From: Candidatus Cloacimonadales bacterium
GTDB taxonomy: Bacteria; Cloacimonadota; Cloacimonadia; Cloacimonadales; JAFGVF01
Length of the DNA: 64,000 nucleotides
Direction: 5' to 3'
NCBI GenBank assembly: GCA_963663475.2
Contig: CAXXJV010000002.1
Location: forward strand, 320,001-384,000
Shown in pieces: positions 37,931-49,023 of the stretch. Numbering within the stretch: the stretch's first letter is position 1; each line of letters starts with the position of its first letter. The notes below the pieces were generated by a model, which searched no databases, had not been told where the DNA came from, and was given only the letters and a program-made list of their open reading frames with translations. The position numbers were made by a program, and so were the translations under genes.

Positions 37931-38008
37931 TTAGCTATTTTTTTTAATTAAAAATGAATTGTATTCATTTATTAAGATAAGTTAATTCTATTCCATAAGG
38001 AGATAATT

Positions 38009-38956
38009 ATGAATAATAAAATTGCTTTTGTTTTTCCAGGACAAGGAGCCCAATATGTCGGTATGGCTATGGACTTTCTGGAAGCAAATCCAGAACTTAA
38101 AGAAATTATAAATAAATTTGATAAAGATAATAAAGTTGAATTATATAGAATTATGTCTCAAGGTCCAGATAGTGACTTAACTGATACTAAATTCACCCAA
38201 CCTGCTATTCTTTTCCATTCTATCGCAGCCTGGAAAACACTTACCAGTAAACTAGAGATTAGTCCAAAGTTTGTTGCTGGTCATTCATTAGGGGAATTCA
38301 CTTCTTTGGTTGCAAATGGTGTTCTTTCGCTCAGTGATGCTATGTATTTAGTTCATCGTAGAGGACAGTTCATGATCGAAGCTAATGAAGGTAAACCTTT
38401 TGCTATGGCTGCTATTATGGGTATTGATAGTCAAGCAGTTACACAAGTATGTCAGCAAGCTCAAGATGCTGGCATCGTAATACCAGCTAACTTCAATTCT
38501 CCTGTCCAAACTGTTATCTCAGGTAGCAAGGAAGGAGTAGAAAAAGCTATGAAAATAGCTAAAGAAAATGGAGCTAAAAGAGCAATTCCTTTAAATGTAG
38601 GAGGACCTTTCCATTCACCTTTAATTGAGAAAGCTGGATTTTGGTTAAAAGAAGAAATGGAAAAACTTTCTTTCAATGATGCAAAAGTTCCTCTTATCTC
38701 TAATGTGGATGCTCTAGCTCATACTTCAGCAGACAATATAAAAGAGAATTTAGCAAAACAAGTGACATCATCTGTTCGCTGGATTGAATCAGTTGAATAC
38801 ATGATAGACAAGGGTGTAGAGCTCTTTGTTGAGTTTGGTCCTCAAAAAGTTCTTAGTGGAATGATAAAGAAGATTGACAAAAATGTATCTGTTGTAAATA
38901 TTGATAAACTTGATGATATTGATAATGCTATCGAGGTAATTAAAAATTATGTATGA
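38009..38956 (+). CDS. fabD: Malonyl-CoA:ACP transacylase
   Basis: FPGQGAQ, TQPA, GHSLGE, FHS. Confidence 0.97.
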   Translation: MNNKIAFVFPGQGAQYVGMAMDFLEANPELKEIINKFDKDNKVELYRIMSQGPDSDLTDTKFTQPAILFHSIAAWKTLTSKLEISPKFVAGHSLGEFTSLVANGVLSLSDAMYLVHRRGQFMIEANEGKPFAMAAIMGIDSQAVTQVCQQAQDAGIVIPANFNSPVQTVISGSKEGVEKAMKIAKENGAKRAIPLNVGGPFHSPLIEKAGFWLKEEMEKLSFNDAKVPLISNVDALAHTSADNIKENLAKQVTSSVRWIESVEYMIDKGVELFVEFGPQKVLSGMIKKIDKNVSVVNIDKLDDIDNAIEVIKNYV

Positions 38957-39692
38957 TATGAAAAATAAAGTAGTTTTAGTAACTGGATCAGGTCGAGGAA
39001 TCGGATTTGGCATTGCTAAGAAGTTTGCTCAAATGCAAGCAAAAACAGTCATCTTAGATATAAATCAAGAGATTGTTGATAATGCTGTTAATGAACTAAA
39101 AAAAGAAAATTATGATGTCTATGGCTATACTTTAGATGTTACTAATAGTGAATTAGTCGCTAGTGTTTTTAAAGAAATTAATAAAGATTTAGGTTCTTTA
39201 GATGTTTTAATTAATAATGCAGGCATTACTAAAGATAATTTACTCATGCGAATGAAAGAATCAGAATGGGATGCAGTAATTAATGTTAATTTAAAAGGAA
39301 CATATAATTGCACTCAAAAGATTTGTCGTTACATGATGAAACAGAAAAGTGGAGTTATTATTAATATAGCTTCAGTTATTGGTATAATGGGTAATGCTGG
39401 CCAAGCTAATTACGCTGCCTCAAAAGGCGGTATTATAGCCTTTACAAAGTCTACTGCTAAAGAGCTTGCTTCTCGTAATATAAGAGCAAATGCAATAGCT
39501 CCAGGCTTTATTGAAACTGACATGACTGCTTCTCTCAGTGAAGAAGTAGTAGAAAGCTATGCTCAAGCAATCCCACTTGGAAAAATGGGACAGACTGAAG
39601 ACATAGCTAATGTATGCATATTCTTAGCTTCTGATGGAGCTAAATATATAACTGGTCAAACCATCAATGTTGATGGTGGACTTATCATGTAA
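38949..39692 (+). CDS. fabG: 3-oxoacyl-ACP reductase
   Basis: TGSGRGIG, NNAGITKD, YAASK. Confidence 0.96.
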   Translation: MYDMKNKVVLVTGSGRGIGFGIAKKFAQMQAKTVILDINQEIVDNAVNELKKENYDVYGYTLDVTNSELVASVFKEINKDLGSLDVLINNAGITKDNLLMRMKESEWDAVINVNLKGTYNCTQKICRYMMKQKSGVIINIASVIGIMGNAGQANYAASKGGIIAFTKSTAKELASRNIRANAIAPGFIETDMTASLSEEVVESYAQAIPLGKMGQTEDIANVCIFLASDGAKYITGQTINVDGGLIM

Positions 39693-39730
39693 ATTGATAT
39701 CTGAAAAGAAAAATAACCATGGAGGAAATA

Positions 39731-39964
39731 ATGGATATTGAAGCAAAAGTAAAACAAATTATTGTTGACGAATTGAGTGTTGAAGAGAGTCAAGTTACTA
39801 ATGACGCTAAATTTATTGAAGATTTAGGTGCTGATTCATTAGACACAGTAGAACTTGTAATGAAGTTTGAAGAAGAATTCGATATCGAAATTCCAGACGA
39901 AGATCAAGAGAAATTGAGATCAGTTGGTGCAGCTATTAATTATCTAAAAGAAAGATTAGCTTAA
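39731..39964 (+). CDS. acpP: Acyl carrier protein
   Basis: [19 protein letters not shown] before ATG 39731. Confidence 0.97.
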   Translation: MDIEAKVKQIIVDELSVEESQVTNDAKFIEDLGADSLDTVELVMKFEEEFDIEIPDEDQEKLRSVGAAINYLKERLA

Positions 39965-40049
39965 TTATAGCATGATTAATTTGAGTTAAGGCTTTTCTTT
40001 AGAGAGAAGGCTTAACTCAAAATTGTTTAATAAAATCTAAGGAAAATAT

Positions 40050-41291
40050 ATGAAAAGAAGAGTTGTAATTACGGGACTGGGTGCAGTTACTCCTGTAGGG
40101 TTAAATGTAACAAGTTTATGGGAAAGCTTGTTAGCAGGTAAGTCAGGAATCTCTTTGATCGAAAAATTCGATACAACCGATTTTACATCTAAAATTGCTG
40201 GTGAAATAAAAGACTTTAATGCTGAAGATTATTTTGAGAAGAAAGAAATTAAGAAATTAGACTTATATACCCAATTTGCTCTTGTGGCTGCAAGAGAAGC
40301 TATGAAAGATGCAGGTTTAACACCTGGTTCTTTCGATCCTGAAAGAGCTGGTTGTGTTATGGGAGCTGGTATTGGTGGTATTTGGACTTTCCAAGAAGAA
40401 ACAGAAAAATACTTCAAGAAAGGTGCAAGACGTGTTGGACCTTTTTTCATTCCTAAAATGATTTCAAACATTGCTGCAGGACATATCGCTATTGAGAATA
40501 ATTTGAAAGCGATTAACTTCAATGTCGTAAGTGCCTGTGCTAGTGCAAATCATGCTATCGGAACTTCCTTCAGATCAATTCAATATGGGGATGCAGATAT
40601 TATCGTAAGTGGTGGTGCTGAAGGAGCAGTTAATCCAATGGCTATGGCTGGATTCTGTGCAATGAAAGCTCTATCTACTAGAAATGACCAACCAACTAAA
40701 GCTAGTAGGCCTTTTGATAAGGAACGTGATGGTTTCGTTATGTCTGAAGGTTCTGGAATGCTAGTCTTAGAAGAGTTAGAGCATGCTCTTGCTCGTGGAG
40801 CTAAAATTTATGGAGAGCTAGTAGGCTACGGTGCTACTTGTGATGCCTTCCATGTTACAGCTCCTGCTGAAGGTGGTGAAGGTTCTGCAAGAGCAATTGA
40901 CTTTGCTCTTAAAGATGGTGGCCTTAAGCCTGAGGATATAGATTATATCAATGCACATGGTACATCAACTCCTTTGAATGATAAAAATGAAACTTCAGCT
41001 ATCAAAAGTGTATTCGGTGCTCATAGTGCAAACTTAGCTATTAATTCAACTAAATCTATGGTTGGACATATGCTAGGAGCTGCTGCTGGTATTGAAGCAA
41101 TAGTATGTTGTCTTTCAATTCGCGATAGTAAAGTTCATGCAACTTTAAACTATGAGAATGAAGACCCTGATTGTGATCTTACTTATACACCAGGAAATTC
41201 TATTGATAGAGAAGTTAGGGCTGCAGTGAGTAATTCACTTGGTTTTGGAGGCCATAACTCTGCCATTGTAATTAAGAAATTTGTAAAATAA
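40050..41291 (+). CDS. fabF: 3-oxoacyl-ACP synthase II
   Basis: SACAS, NAHGTST, KSMVGH, SNSLGFGGHN. Confidence 0.97.
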   Translation: MKRRVVITGLGAVTPVGLNVTSLWESLLAGKSGISLIEKFDTTDFTSKIAGEIKDFNAEDYFEKKEIKKLDLYTQFALVAAREAMKDAGLTPGSFDPERAGCVMGAGIGGIWTFQEETEKYFKKGARRVGPFFIPKMISNIAAGHIAIENNLKAINFNVVSACASANHAIGTSFRSIQYGDADIIVSGGAEGAVNPMAMAGFCAMKALSTRNDQPTKASRPFDKERDGFVMSEGSGMLVLEELEHALARGAKIYGELVGYGATCDAFHVTAPAEGGEGSARAIDFALKDGGLKPEDIDYINAHGTSTPLNDKNETSAIKSVFGAHSANLAINSTKSMVGHMLGAAAGIEAIVCCLSIRDSKVHATLNYENEDPDCDLTYTPGNSIDREVRAAVSNSLGFGGHNSAIVIKKFVK

Positions 41292-41301
41292 AAGATAAAT
41301 T

Positions 41302-41323
41302 AAGGGGGATATATTCCCCCTTT
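41302..41323 (+). terminator. Terminator-like hairpin after fabF
   Basis: AAGGGGGA-TATAT-TCCCCCTTT. Confidence 0.6.
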
Positions 41324-41391
41324 CATTTAGATACTGTGAAAAAAGTAGTTAAACTGCTTTTTTCAGAGTTTCTTATGAACTAAGGAGCTTT

Positions 41392-42159
41392 ATGAAACAA
41401 CTTATTAAGTCTTTAATTGACCACTTTGTTAAAGTTGATAAGAGATGTGTTGCAGGATGGGATACCAAGTTAGAAGAACTTCAAAATATTATTCAATATA
41501 AGTTTAAAAATATCATACTATTAAGGAATGCCCTCACTCATGATTCTTATTATAAGAAAGAAGAAAGGGTGAATACTGAGCTTTCTCCTTTTGAAAGGAT
41601 GGAGTTTCTTGGGGATTCAGTTTTAGGACTAGTTATTGCCCAAGAATTATTTGTTCTTTTTCCTCAAAAGCAGGAGGGTAATCTTTCAAAGTTAAAATCG
41701 AAGATTGTCTCAGAAAAATTCTTAACTATGCGATCTAACGAGATTAATTTAGGAGATTTTCTTTTATTGTCAGCAGAGGAAGCAAGAAGTGGGGGAAGAT
41801 TAAAACCCTCAATTGTATCTGATTCAATGGAATCATTAATTTGTGCAATTTATTTAGATGGTGGTATGAATGCAGCTCGTAAATTTATAAAGAAGTTTAT
41901 TCTTCATAAATTTGAAAACTATGTAAATAGGGAAGAGTTAGTTAACTATAAGAGTATTTTACAGGAATATACACAAGGTAAGTTTCAGAAACCACCTATT
42001 TATAGAGTTATATCTGAGAAGGGTCCTGACCACCAGAAGGTCTTTACGGTAGAGGTATTTATTAATGATGTATCATATGGCAAGGGTAGTGGAGCTAATA
42101 AGAAAGGAGCGCAACAGAAAGCTGCTCAACTAGCTTGTTCACAACTCAAGATTAAGTAA
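41392..42159 (+). CDS. rnc: Ribonuclease III
   Basis: ERMEFLGDSVL, EGNLSK, NYKSILQE, GPDH (dsRBD). Confidence 0.96.
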   Translation: MKQLIKSLIDHFVKVDKRCVAGWDTKLEELQNIIQYKFKNIILLRNALTHDSYYKKEERVNTELSPFERMEFLGDSVLGLVIAQELFVLFPQKQEGNLSKLKSKIVSEKFLTMRSNEINLGDFLLLSAEEARSGGRLKPSIVSDSMESLICAIYLDGGMNAARKFIKKFILHKFENYVNREELVNYKSILQEYTQGKFQKPPIYRVISEKGPDHQKVFTVEVFINDVSYGKGSGANKKGAQQKAAQLACSQLKIK

Positions 42160-43139
42160 TGCAAGTTTATCCTGTTTTTCTACCTCTCAAGGGCTGTCCT
42201 TTTAGGTGTATATATTGTGATCAATACTTGATTACTGCCTCTGATCATTTTGATTTAGATATCCATTTAGCTGATATAGCTAATTTTTGTAAAAAGTATA
42301 GTAGTGAAGCTAAAGAAATAGCTTTCTTTGGAGGAACTTTTACAGCGCTAGATAAAGATTGGCAAGAAGAGCAATTCCGAAAGCTGTCTCCTTTTATCAA
42401 CAAGAATACAGGAATAAGATATTCTACTAGGCCTGATTGTCTAAGTCAGGCTGATCTTGATCTTGCTAGACAATATGGAGTTACCACTATTGAACTTGGG
42501 ATTCAAGATTTTTCAGATTTAGTTTTAAAGCATAGTAGGAGGGGTTATAATCAAGCTAGGGCTATTTCTGCCTGCCAACTAGTAAAAACTAACAACTTCA
42601 AGTTAGGTATTCAACTTATGCCAGGATTACCTGCTTTCTCTCAGACTAGTCTGGAGGAAAACAAGCAAATAGTTAGGAACTTAAAGCCTGAATATCTTAG
42701 AATCTATCCTACAGTTGTTTTACGAGGGACAAAGCTGGAAGAGCTTTATAGGCAAGGGAAGTATAGTCCTTTAGACTTAGAAGAGGCCATAACTATATGT
42801 GTAGATCTCTATGAAGATTTTACTAGTAAAGCAATAAGAGTTATTAAAATGGGAGTGCAGATTGATAGTATAGATGCTAGTGCTATTGTTGCTGGACCTT
42901 ACCACAAGGCATTTGGAGAACTAGTACAGTCTCATTTGCTTGCTAAAAAGGTAATTAATGCGATCAAGAATAACCCCCAACTTGATCAGCTAATCTTAGC
43001 AAAAAAAGATATCTCTAAGTTTACAGGGCATGCCTTTTACGGATTAAAAATCTTAGAAAATTACTTTCCTAATAAAATTTTTAAATTAAGTATTGACATT
43101 GATACAAAGTCCTTTATTATTAGAATAAAGACAAAATAA
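42159..43139 (+). CDS. Radical SAM protein (Elp3/YhcC-like)
   Basis: CPFRCIYC, FFGGTFT, STRPD, IELGIQ, RIYPT. Confidence 0.88.
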   Translation: MQVYPVFLPLKGCPFRCIYCDQYLITASDHFDLDIHLADIANFCKKYSSEAKEIAFFGGTFTALDKDWQEEQFRKLSPFINKNTGIRYSTRPDCLSQADLDLARQYGVTTIELGIQDFSDLVLKHSRRGYNQARAISACQLVKTNNFKLGIQLMPGLPAFSQTSLEENKQIVRNLKPEYLRIYPTVVLRGTKLEELYRQGKYSPLDLEEAITICVDLYEDFTSKAIRVIKMGVQIDSIDASAIVAGPYHKAFGELVQSHLLAKKVINAIKNNPQLDQLILAKKDISKFTGHAFYGLKILENYFPNKIFKLSIDIDTKSFIIRIKTK

Positions 43140-43149
43140 GAGAGGCAAG

Positions 43150-44658
43150 ATGAAACAGATAACTTTAATAGTTCTTTTAGCATTACTTTTGATTTCTTGC
43201 GGTATTACAGATTTTGAAATGCCTTCTTGGGATGTAGAATTAACCAGTATCCCTTTAATGAATGAAGATTTTCCTGCTGCAGATTTAGAAGGAGAAAATA
43301 TTCTCATTGAGAATGATAGCCTTTATGCTGTTGTTGAAGATCAACTTGAGGAGACTACTCCTGAGCTATTTAAAACAATTGTTGATTCAACTCCTGATGT
43401 TACTGTTTTAAGTGATACTCCAGTCGATATTAGATTCGAAATCCAGTCTGTAAACACAAATACAACCTTCAGGATTGTAGATGGGGTATTTGATTCTGGT
43501 GAGATGGAAGTAATTTTTACAGGTAATCTTGACAACTTTGAGATCTTATATATAAATTTTAATCAATTAATAGCTGAAAATGGACAAGCCTTGTCTTTAG
43601 CTTTAGAACCATCTGATTTTACAAATAATACTTACATAATAGATTTAGCTGGTTTAAGTTTGCAAGACCAAGATATTAATGGTGAATTTTGGTTAATTGA
43701 TATTGAAGTAAACGCTGAATCAAGTCAAGGACCAGGAGCAAATCTTGGTTTGGTAAAACTAGTTATTGATGATGATATCTATTTTAGATCTTTTACTGGC
43801 TTTATAGATGATGTTCATACTCTTGATACACAAACTGATGTTGATATTGATTATCCTTCAGACATTGAAAATGCTGTTATTTTAGAAGAAATCTCACTCT
43901 ATTTTGAAGTCTATAACAAAATTGGTTTTGAATTTGAATTAATGGGTGATTTAATTGCTTATCGTGATGGACAAGAGGTAGATCGCATTCTTTTACAAGA
44001 ATTAGAAGGTGTTGATTTTGTAATCCAAGCTTCGCCAAGTGATGGGCAAGTAGCTGAAAGCCATTTCGAAATAATTGATAATGAAAGAGTTAATCAGATG
44101 CTTCGTTTAATGCCAGATAACATAGCTTTTATAAATCCTACATATAAGGTATCAAATATAGATGATTTAGTACCTGGTTTTGTCTCTAACCAACATACAA
44201 TAAGAAGTGATTATCGCATTAAAATTCCTTTTAAAGCCACTTTTAATGATGATTTCATAATTTATCCTGATAAGTTATATGAAATAGAAATCAGTGAGGA
44301 TAACCAAGATTTGATTGATGAAAGAGTTAATGAAGGCAGTATTGATATAATAGTTGAAAATTCTTACCCAATTGGTGGGATATTGGATATTTATCTATCA
44401 TCTCAGGAACTGACTGCAGATTCTGAATCTTTAGCTTTAGCTGAATTACAGTTTACTGATTATGATATACTAGCAAATGCTGATTCATTAGACTATGTGA
44501 TTTCATTAAGTGAATCAGATCTTGACCTTTTTCTTCATGATAAAGTTTTTATGAGAACTAGGGTTAAGTTCCATAACAGTAATGGAGTAGTAACAATTCT
44601 GCCTACAGATAATTTACGTGTCAAAGGTAGTTTAAATATTTCTGTGAGGGTAGATTAA
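43150..44658 (+). CDS. Acidic lipoprotein of unknown function
   Basis: Lipobox LISC after hydrophobic signal; D/E rich. Confidence 0.75.
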   Translation: MKQITLIVLLALLLISCGITDFEMPSWDVELTSIPLMNEDFPAADLEGENILIENDSLYAVVEDQLEETTPELFKTIVDSTPDVTVLSDTPVDIRFEIQSVNTNTTFRIVDGVFDSGEMEVIFTGNLDNFEILYINFNQLIAENGQALSLALEPSDFTNNTYIIDLAGLSLQDQDINGEFWLIDIEVNAESSQGPGANLGLVKLVIDDDIYFRSFTGFIDDVHTLDTQTDVDIDYPSDIENAVILEEISLYFEVYNKIGFEFELMGDLIAYRDGQEVDRILLQELEGVDFVIQASPSDGQVAESHFEIIDNERVNQMLRLMPDNIAFINPTYKVSNIDDLVPGFVSNQHTIRSDYRIKIPFKATFNDDFIIYPDKLYEIEISEDNQDLIDERVNEGSIDIIVENSYPIGGILDIYLSSQELTADSESLALAELQFTDYDILANADSLDYVISLSESDLDLFLHDKVFMRTRVKFHNSNGVVTILPTDNLRVKGSLNISVRVD

Positions 44659-45929
44659 TGACATATACAAGAAAAAAAATATCATTTATTATTAGCCTTC
44701 TACTAGTCTTAACTGCTAATTTATTTAGTTTATCAGACTCCTATTCCTTAAGCTTTGCTGACAGTTATTTCTCCAGAGCTAGAGCTTCCCAAGCTTTAAA
44801 TTGGAATCCTGCTAATATTGGGGAAGAATCTTATTTAGATTTACCTTTCCTGAATACAAATATTTCTCTAACTAATAACTTATTTGATTTAGATATGAAT
44901 GGTATTTCAGGAAAGTATTTAACTGATAAGGACAAGGAAGATATTTTAGCTGAAATAGATGGATCTTTTGTAGTTGATGGATCATTTAGAACACTTATTT
45001 TTGGAGTATCTGATAATAATTTAGCTTTCAGTATTGGTCTTAATGTTTTATCAAGCTCAAAGATATCTGAAGAATTTATTAGAATTAGTCTCTATGGTAA
45101 TGAAACAGATAATTATCATTTCAATAATAGTGATTTAGCATATAACTTACTGTCATACACAGATATATCGGCTGGTATGGGAGGGTTAAAGCTAGATAAA
45201 ATTATCCCAAGTTTAGCTAATAGTGATTTACCAGAAATTGAGTATGGTATATCTGCAAGTCTGTTAACAGGTATTGCAAATGTAAAATCTTCATCTTTCA
45301 CAGCTGATTATTTAGCTGACATTGAAAGTGGACTTCAGACTCAAGCATATCTTAAACAGAAGGAAGCCTTTGGTGGATTCGGTTTAAAATTTAATTTATC
45401 TTTTAATTCTCAGGTTAATGAAAACTTATCTTTAGGGATGGGTTTTGATAACCTACTTGGTTTTATTACCTGGACAGGAAAGACTAGGATAAGGGAAAAG
45501 AGATATTGGATTGAAGATGTTTATATATCAGATTTAGAAGAGGATATTTTATCTGATGAAGATGGTGTAAGCGATATTGATAAATATACTACTTCTCTAC
45601 CAGTAATCTACAGATTTGGTAGTTTGTATGATTTTGGTAAAGTTGACCTCTCTATTGATTACAGCCATACATTTAATGATAATAATTATAATTTAGGCCG
45701 GAATAGTATATCTCTAGCCACAGAATTAAAATGGATATCAAAGTTTCCTTTCCAGATAGGAATTAAGCTAGGTGATGGAGATAATGTAGTTTCAACTGCC
45801 TATGGGGTAACCTATAAAGGTAGTTATTTCCAGACTGGTATTGGTCTTCAGGTAGCTGATACTATTTTGCCAGGAAAGTCTTCTAAAGCTCTTTCCTTTG
45901 GTATTCATACCCAATTAAGTTTGAACTAA
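44658..45929 (+). CDS. Putative outer-membrane barrel (DUF5723-like)
   Basis: Signal peptide, WNPAN motif, DNLLGFITW, amphipathic strands. Confidence 0.6.
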   Translation: MTYTRKKISFIISLLLVLTANLFSLSDSYSLSFADSYFSRARASQALNWNPANIGEESYLDLPFLNTNISLTNNLFDLDMNGISGKYLTDKDKEDILAEIDGSFVVDGSFRTLIFGVSDNNLAFSIGLNVLSSSKISEEFIRISLYGNETDNYHFNNSDLAYNLLSYTDISAGMGGLKLDKIIPSLANSDLPEIEYGISASLLTGIANVKSSSFTADYLADIESGLQTQAYLKQKEAFGGFGLKFNLSFNSQVNENLSLGMGFDNLLGFITWTGKTRIREKRYWIEDVYISDLEEDILSDEDGVSDIDKYTTSLPVIYRFGSLYDFGKVDLSIDYSHTFNDNNYNLGRNSISLATELKWISKFPFQIGIKLGDGDNVVSTAYGVTYKGSYFQTGIGLQVADTILPGKSSKALSFGIHTQLSLN

Positions 45930-45948
45930 AGTAATAAGTATATTAATA

Positions 45949-47928
45949 ATGATCTTAATCAGTTTATTAATTTCAGCCCTTTACTCTTATATTCTATATA
46001 GGAAAACAAAACCAGAAATATCATTAGCCAGAGCAAGTTTTCTTTTTTCTTTGAGATTGATAACTTTATGGATAGTTCTCATGTTTCTCTTGCTACCTGT
46101 CTATAAGGTTACCAGAGACTTATTAGTTAAACCAAAAGCTCTTGTCTTAATAGATAATTCAGCTAGTATGGATTTATTACAAGAGGGAGAATCTAAAGCA
46201 GAGCAAGTTTCTAACTTGTTAGATGGAATCAAGGGTAGCTTAGAGACTAATTTTGAAGTGGAATACTTTAATTTTGCTTCCTCAATCTCAGGAAACAAGA
46301 ATAATACAGATTTACTTGCAAGTATTGAAGACTTATACCAAAGAGAGTCACAAACTCCCCATGAGATATTCTTATTATCTGATGGCTATTTCTCTGATAA
46401 TAGATTCTCTTTGTTGAAAGATTATCCCTTTAAAATTAATACTTTTGAGTTTTCCAACCCACAAAAAGAATTACAAGCTAAAATTGTAAATATTAGATCT
46501 AACAGAAATGCTTATTTAAATGAAGATACACCTATTGAAATTTCTGTAAATAATCAAGGTAAAGACAAGCTCAGTCTTGAGATATCTAATGATAACCAGC
46601 TCCTTAAGAGAAAAATAATTGAATCATCAGAAGCTAACATCACGAAAGAACTGACTAATATTAGCTTTGAAAAAGTAGGTTTATATAATCTAAATATTAA
46701 ATTACTTGATAATGGTGAACAAGTAGATTCTTCTAGATTAGTTATCAAAGTAAGTGATAATAAGAAGAAGCTAGTCATGATAACGGATTCAGCTGATTGG
46801 GATTTAAAATTCATTAAAGATGCAATCAAACTTGATAATCGCTTTTCCTATAGATATATTATTCTGAAAGATAGGGTCTTATGGGAAGGCAAAAAAGAAG
46901 TTTCTTTACCTGATTTGCTAGCTGATTGCCAACTATTGATACTCAATAACAAGAATAGACTTATCTTTAATCAAAATCAAAATTCTTTCCTAGCTAACAA
47001 AATAAAGCAAGGACTTAATCTCTTTTTGATTGGAGATATTATTAATGGTTTAGAAGAATACTATCCTGTAGCAAAAAGTAATATAGATAGGTTGTATGAA
47101 GCAAGAATAATTCCTGGTTATGCTAGTAAAGATTATACTACTTTTGCCGAATATTTACAGGAAGCTGATGATTTACCTCCTGTTAAATATTACTATTACA
47201 GACTCAAGAATACCAGCCAAGAGATAGCTACTTTTGATAATATGGATAGGTCTCCTGCTATAACAAGTTTCAGACTTAATACAACTAAGGTTCTTCATTT
47301 TGCTTTTCAAGATTTCTGGCGATTCTCAACTAGGGTTAGTAGTAATGACTTTAATACAATGATAAGAAATATTCTCCAATGGCTTAGCTCCCAAAGTGGT
47401 CAGAATTTCCTTGTCGCAACAGATAAGGATGGCTATTATTTTGGAGAAACAGTAAACTTCACTGCCTCGATATTAGATGAAAAAGGTGATTTTATCTCGC
47501 AAAAGAATCTAGAACTAATTGTAAAGAATAGTGAGGGACAGAGTGTGAAATCAGATTTCTTACTTTGGAAAAGCCAAGAATATACTTATAAATTAGCTGA
47601 TTTACCTGCAGGAAAATATACTTATCAAGTTACAGATCTTGCTTCTGAACAAGTTAGAAATGGCCAGTTTCTAGTCTATGACAACTCCCTTGAAATGTCT
47701 CATCTAGACTTTAATAATGTAGCTCTAAATGAAATTTCAAAGGCTAGTGGGGGATACCATTATAAATCTTGGCAAAGTGAAACTTTTAAACAAGCTCTAG
47801 AAAGAGAGAAAATTCCTACACAATTATATAGAGAATTTAAAATATTATTTAATAATTACTTATTATTTATCGTGATTTTATCTTTCTCCATTGAGTTATT
47901 CTTTAGACGGAGATGGGGTTTAATCTAA
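45949..47928 (+). CDS. Membrane-anchored vWA-domain protein
   Basis: IDNSASM, LLSDG, C-terminal ELFFRRRWGLI. Confidence 0.75.
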   Translation: MILISLLISALYSYILYRKTKPEISLARASFLFSLRLITLWIVLMFLLLPVYKVTRDLLVKPKALVLIDNSASMDLLQEGESKAEQVSNLLDGIKGSLETNFEVEYFNFASSISGNKNNTDLLASIEDLYQRESQTPHEIFLLSDGYFSDNRFSLLKDYPFKINTFEFSNPQKELQAKIVNIRSNRNAYLNEDTPIEISVNNQGKDKLSLEISNDNQLLKRKIIESSEANITKELTNISFEKVGLYNLNIKLLDNGEQVDSSRLVIKVSDNKKKLVMITDSADWDLKFIKDAIKLDNRFSYRYIILKDRVLWEGKKEVSLPDLLADCQLLILNNKNRLIFNQNQNSFLANKIKQGLNLFLIGDIINGLEEYYPVAKSNIDRLYEARIIPGYASKDYTTFAEYLQEADDLPPVKYYYYRLKNTSQEIATFDNMDRSPAITSFRLNTTKVLHFAFQDFWRFSTRVSSNDFNTMIRNILQWLSSQSGQNFLVATDKDGYYFGETVNFTASILDEKGDFISQKNLELIVKNSEGQSVKSDFLLWKSQEYTYKLADLPAGKYTYQVTDLASEQVRNGQFLVYDNSLEMSHLDFNNVALNEISKASGGYHYKSWQSETFKQALEREKIPTQLYREFKILFNNYLLFIVILSFSIELFFRRRWGLI

Positions 47929-47961
47929 AGTTAATAGAAGATAAAAGTAGCTGGAGGAAAA

Positions 47962-49023
47962 GTGAATATTAGAAAAAAGACTAAACAAATAAAACTCGGA
48001 AATATGCTCATTGGTGGTAATGCTCCTATTTCTATTCAATCAATGACTAATACAAATACTGCTGATGCTAAGGCTACACTTGCTCAGATTAAAGACTTAG
48101 AGAAAATTGGCTGTCAGATTATCAGACTTGCCGTACCAGATCTCGAATCAGCTCATGCTTTAAAAGATATTCTTCCTCAGGTTAATATTCCTACTATTGC
48201 AGATATTCATTTTGATTATAAATTAGCTTTAGCTTCTATTAAGAATGGTATAGATGGTCTTAGACTTAATCCAGGGAACATTGGTGAAAAATGGAAGGTT
48301 AAAGAGGTAATCTCTGCTGCAAAAGATAAAAGAATTCCTATAAGAATAGGGGTAAATGGTGGTTCATTATCAAAAAAGATTATTGAAAAATATGGTTTTG
48401 GTCAAGAAGCTATCGTAGAGTCAGCTTTAGAGCATGTTCGAATTCTAGAAGATAGCAATTTTACAGACATTAAGATATCAGTTAAATCTTCCAACTTAGA
48501 TTTGATGGTTAAATGTTATCAAGCCCTGAGTGATAAAGTTGATTACCCTCTTCATCTAGGAGTAACTGAAGCAGGAACTTATACCAGGGGTACCGTAAAG
48601 TCTGCTATGGGAATTGGCATGCTTCTTTATCAAGGTATTGGTGATACTATTAGGGTTTCTCTCACTTCCTCACCGCTTGATGAAGTAATTGTTGCTAGAG
48701 AAATACTCTTAGCTTTAGGACTGAAAAAGGGAATGGAAATTATCTCATGTCCTACATGTGGAAGAACTAAGATTGACTTGATTTCCTTAGCTGACAAGGT
48801 AGAAAAGAGACTTGAAGAATTTAAAGATCAAGCTATAACAGTGGCTGTAATGGGCTGTGTAGTGAATGGACCTGGTGAAGCTAGAGAAGCTGATTATGGT
48901 ATTGCAGGGGGAACAAATGAGGGCCTAATCTTCAAAAAAGGTGAGATAATCAAGAAGGTGGCTGAGTGTGATCTAGTAGATCATCTTTATCAGTTGATAA
49001 AAGCTGATTTCTCAAATGAATAG
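47962..49023 (+). CDS. ispG: HMBPP synthase
   Basis: IQSMTNT, ADIHF, RLNPGN, HLGVTEAG, SCPTCGR, MGCVVNGPGE. Confidence 0.97.
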   Translation: MNIRKKTKQIKLGNMLIGGNAPISIQSMTNTNTADAKATLAQIKDLEKIGCQIIRLAVPDLESAHALKDILPQVNIPTIADIHFDYKLALASIKNGIDGLRLNPGNIGEKWKVKEVISAAKDKRIPIRIGVNGGSLSKKIIEKYGFGQEAIVESALEHVRILEDSNFTDIKISVKSSNLDLMVKCYQALSDKVDYPLHLGVTEAGTYTRGTVKSAMGIGMLLYQGIGDTIRVSLTSSPLDEVIVAREILLALGLKKGMEIISCPTCGRTKIDLISLADKVEKRLEEFKDQAITVAVMGCVVNGPGEAREADYGIAGGTNEGLIFKKGEIIKKVAECDLVDHLYQLIKADFSNE

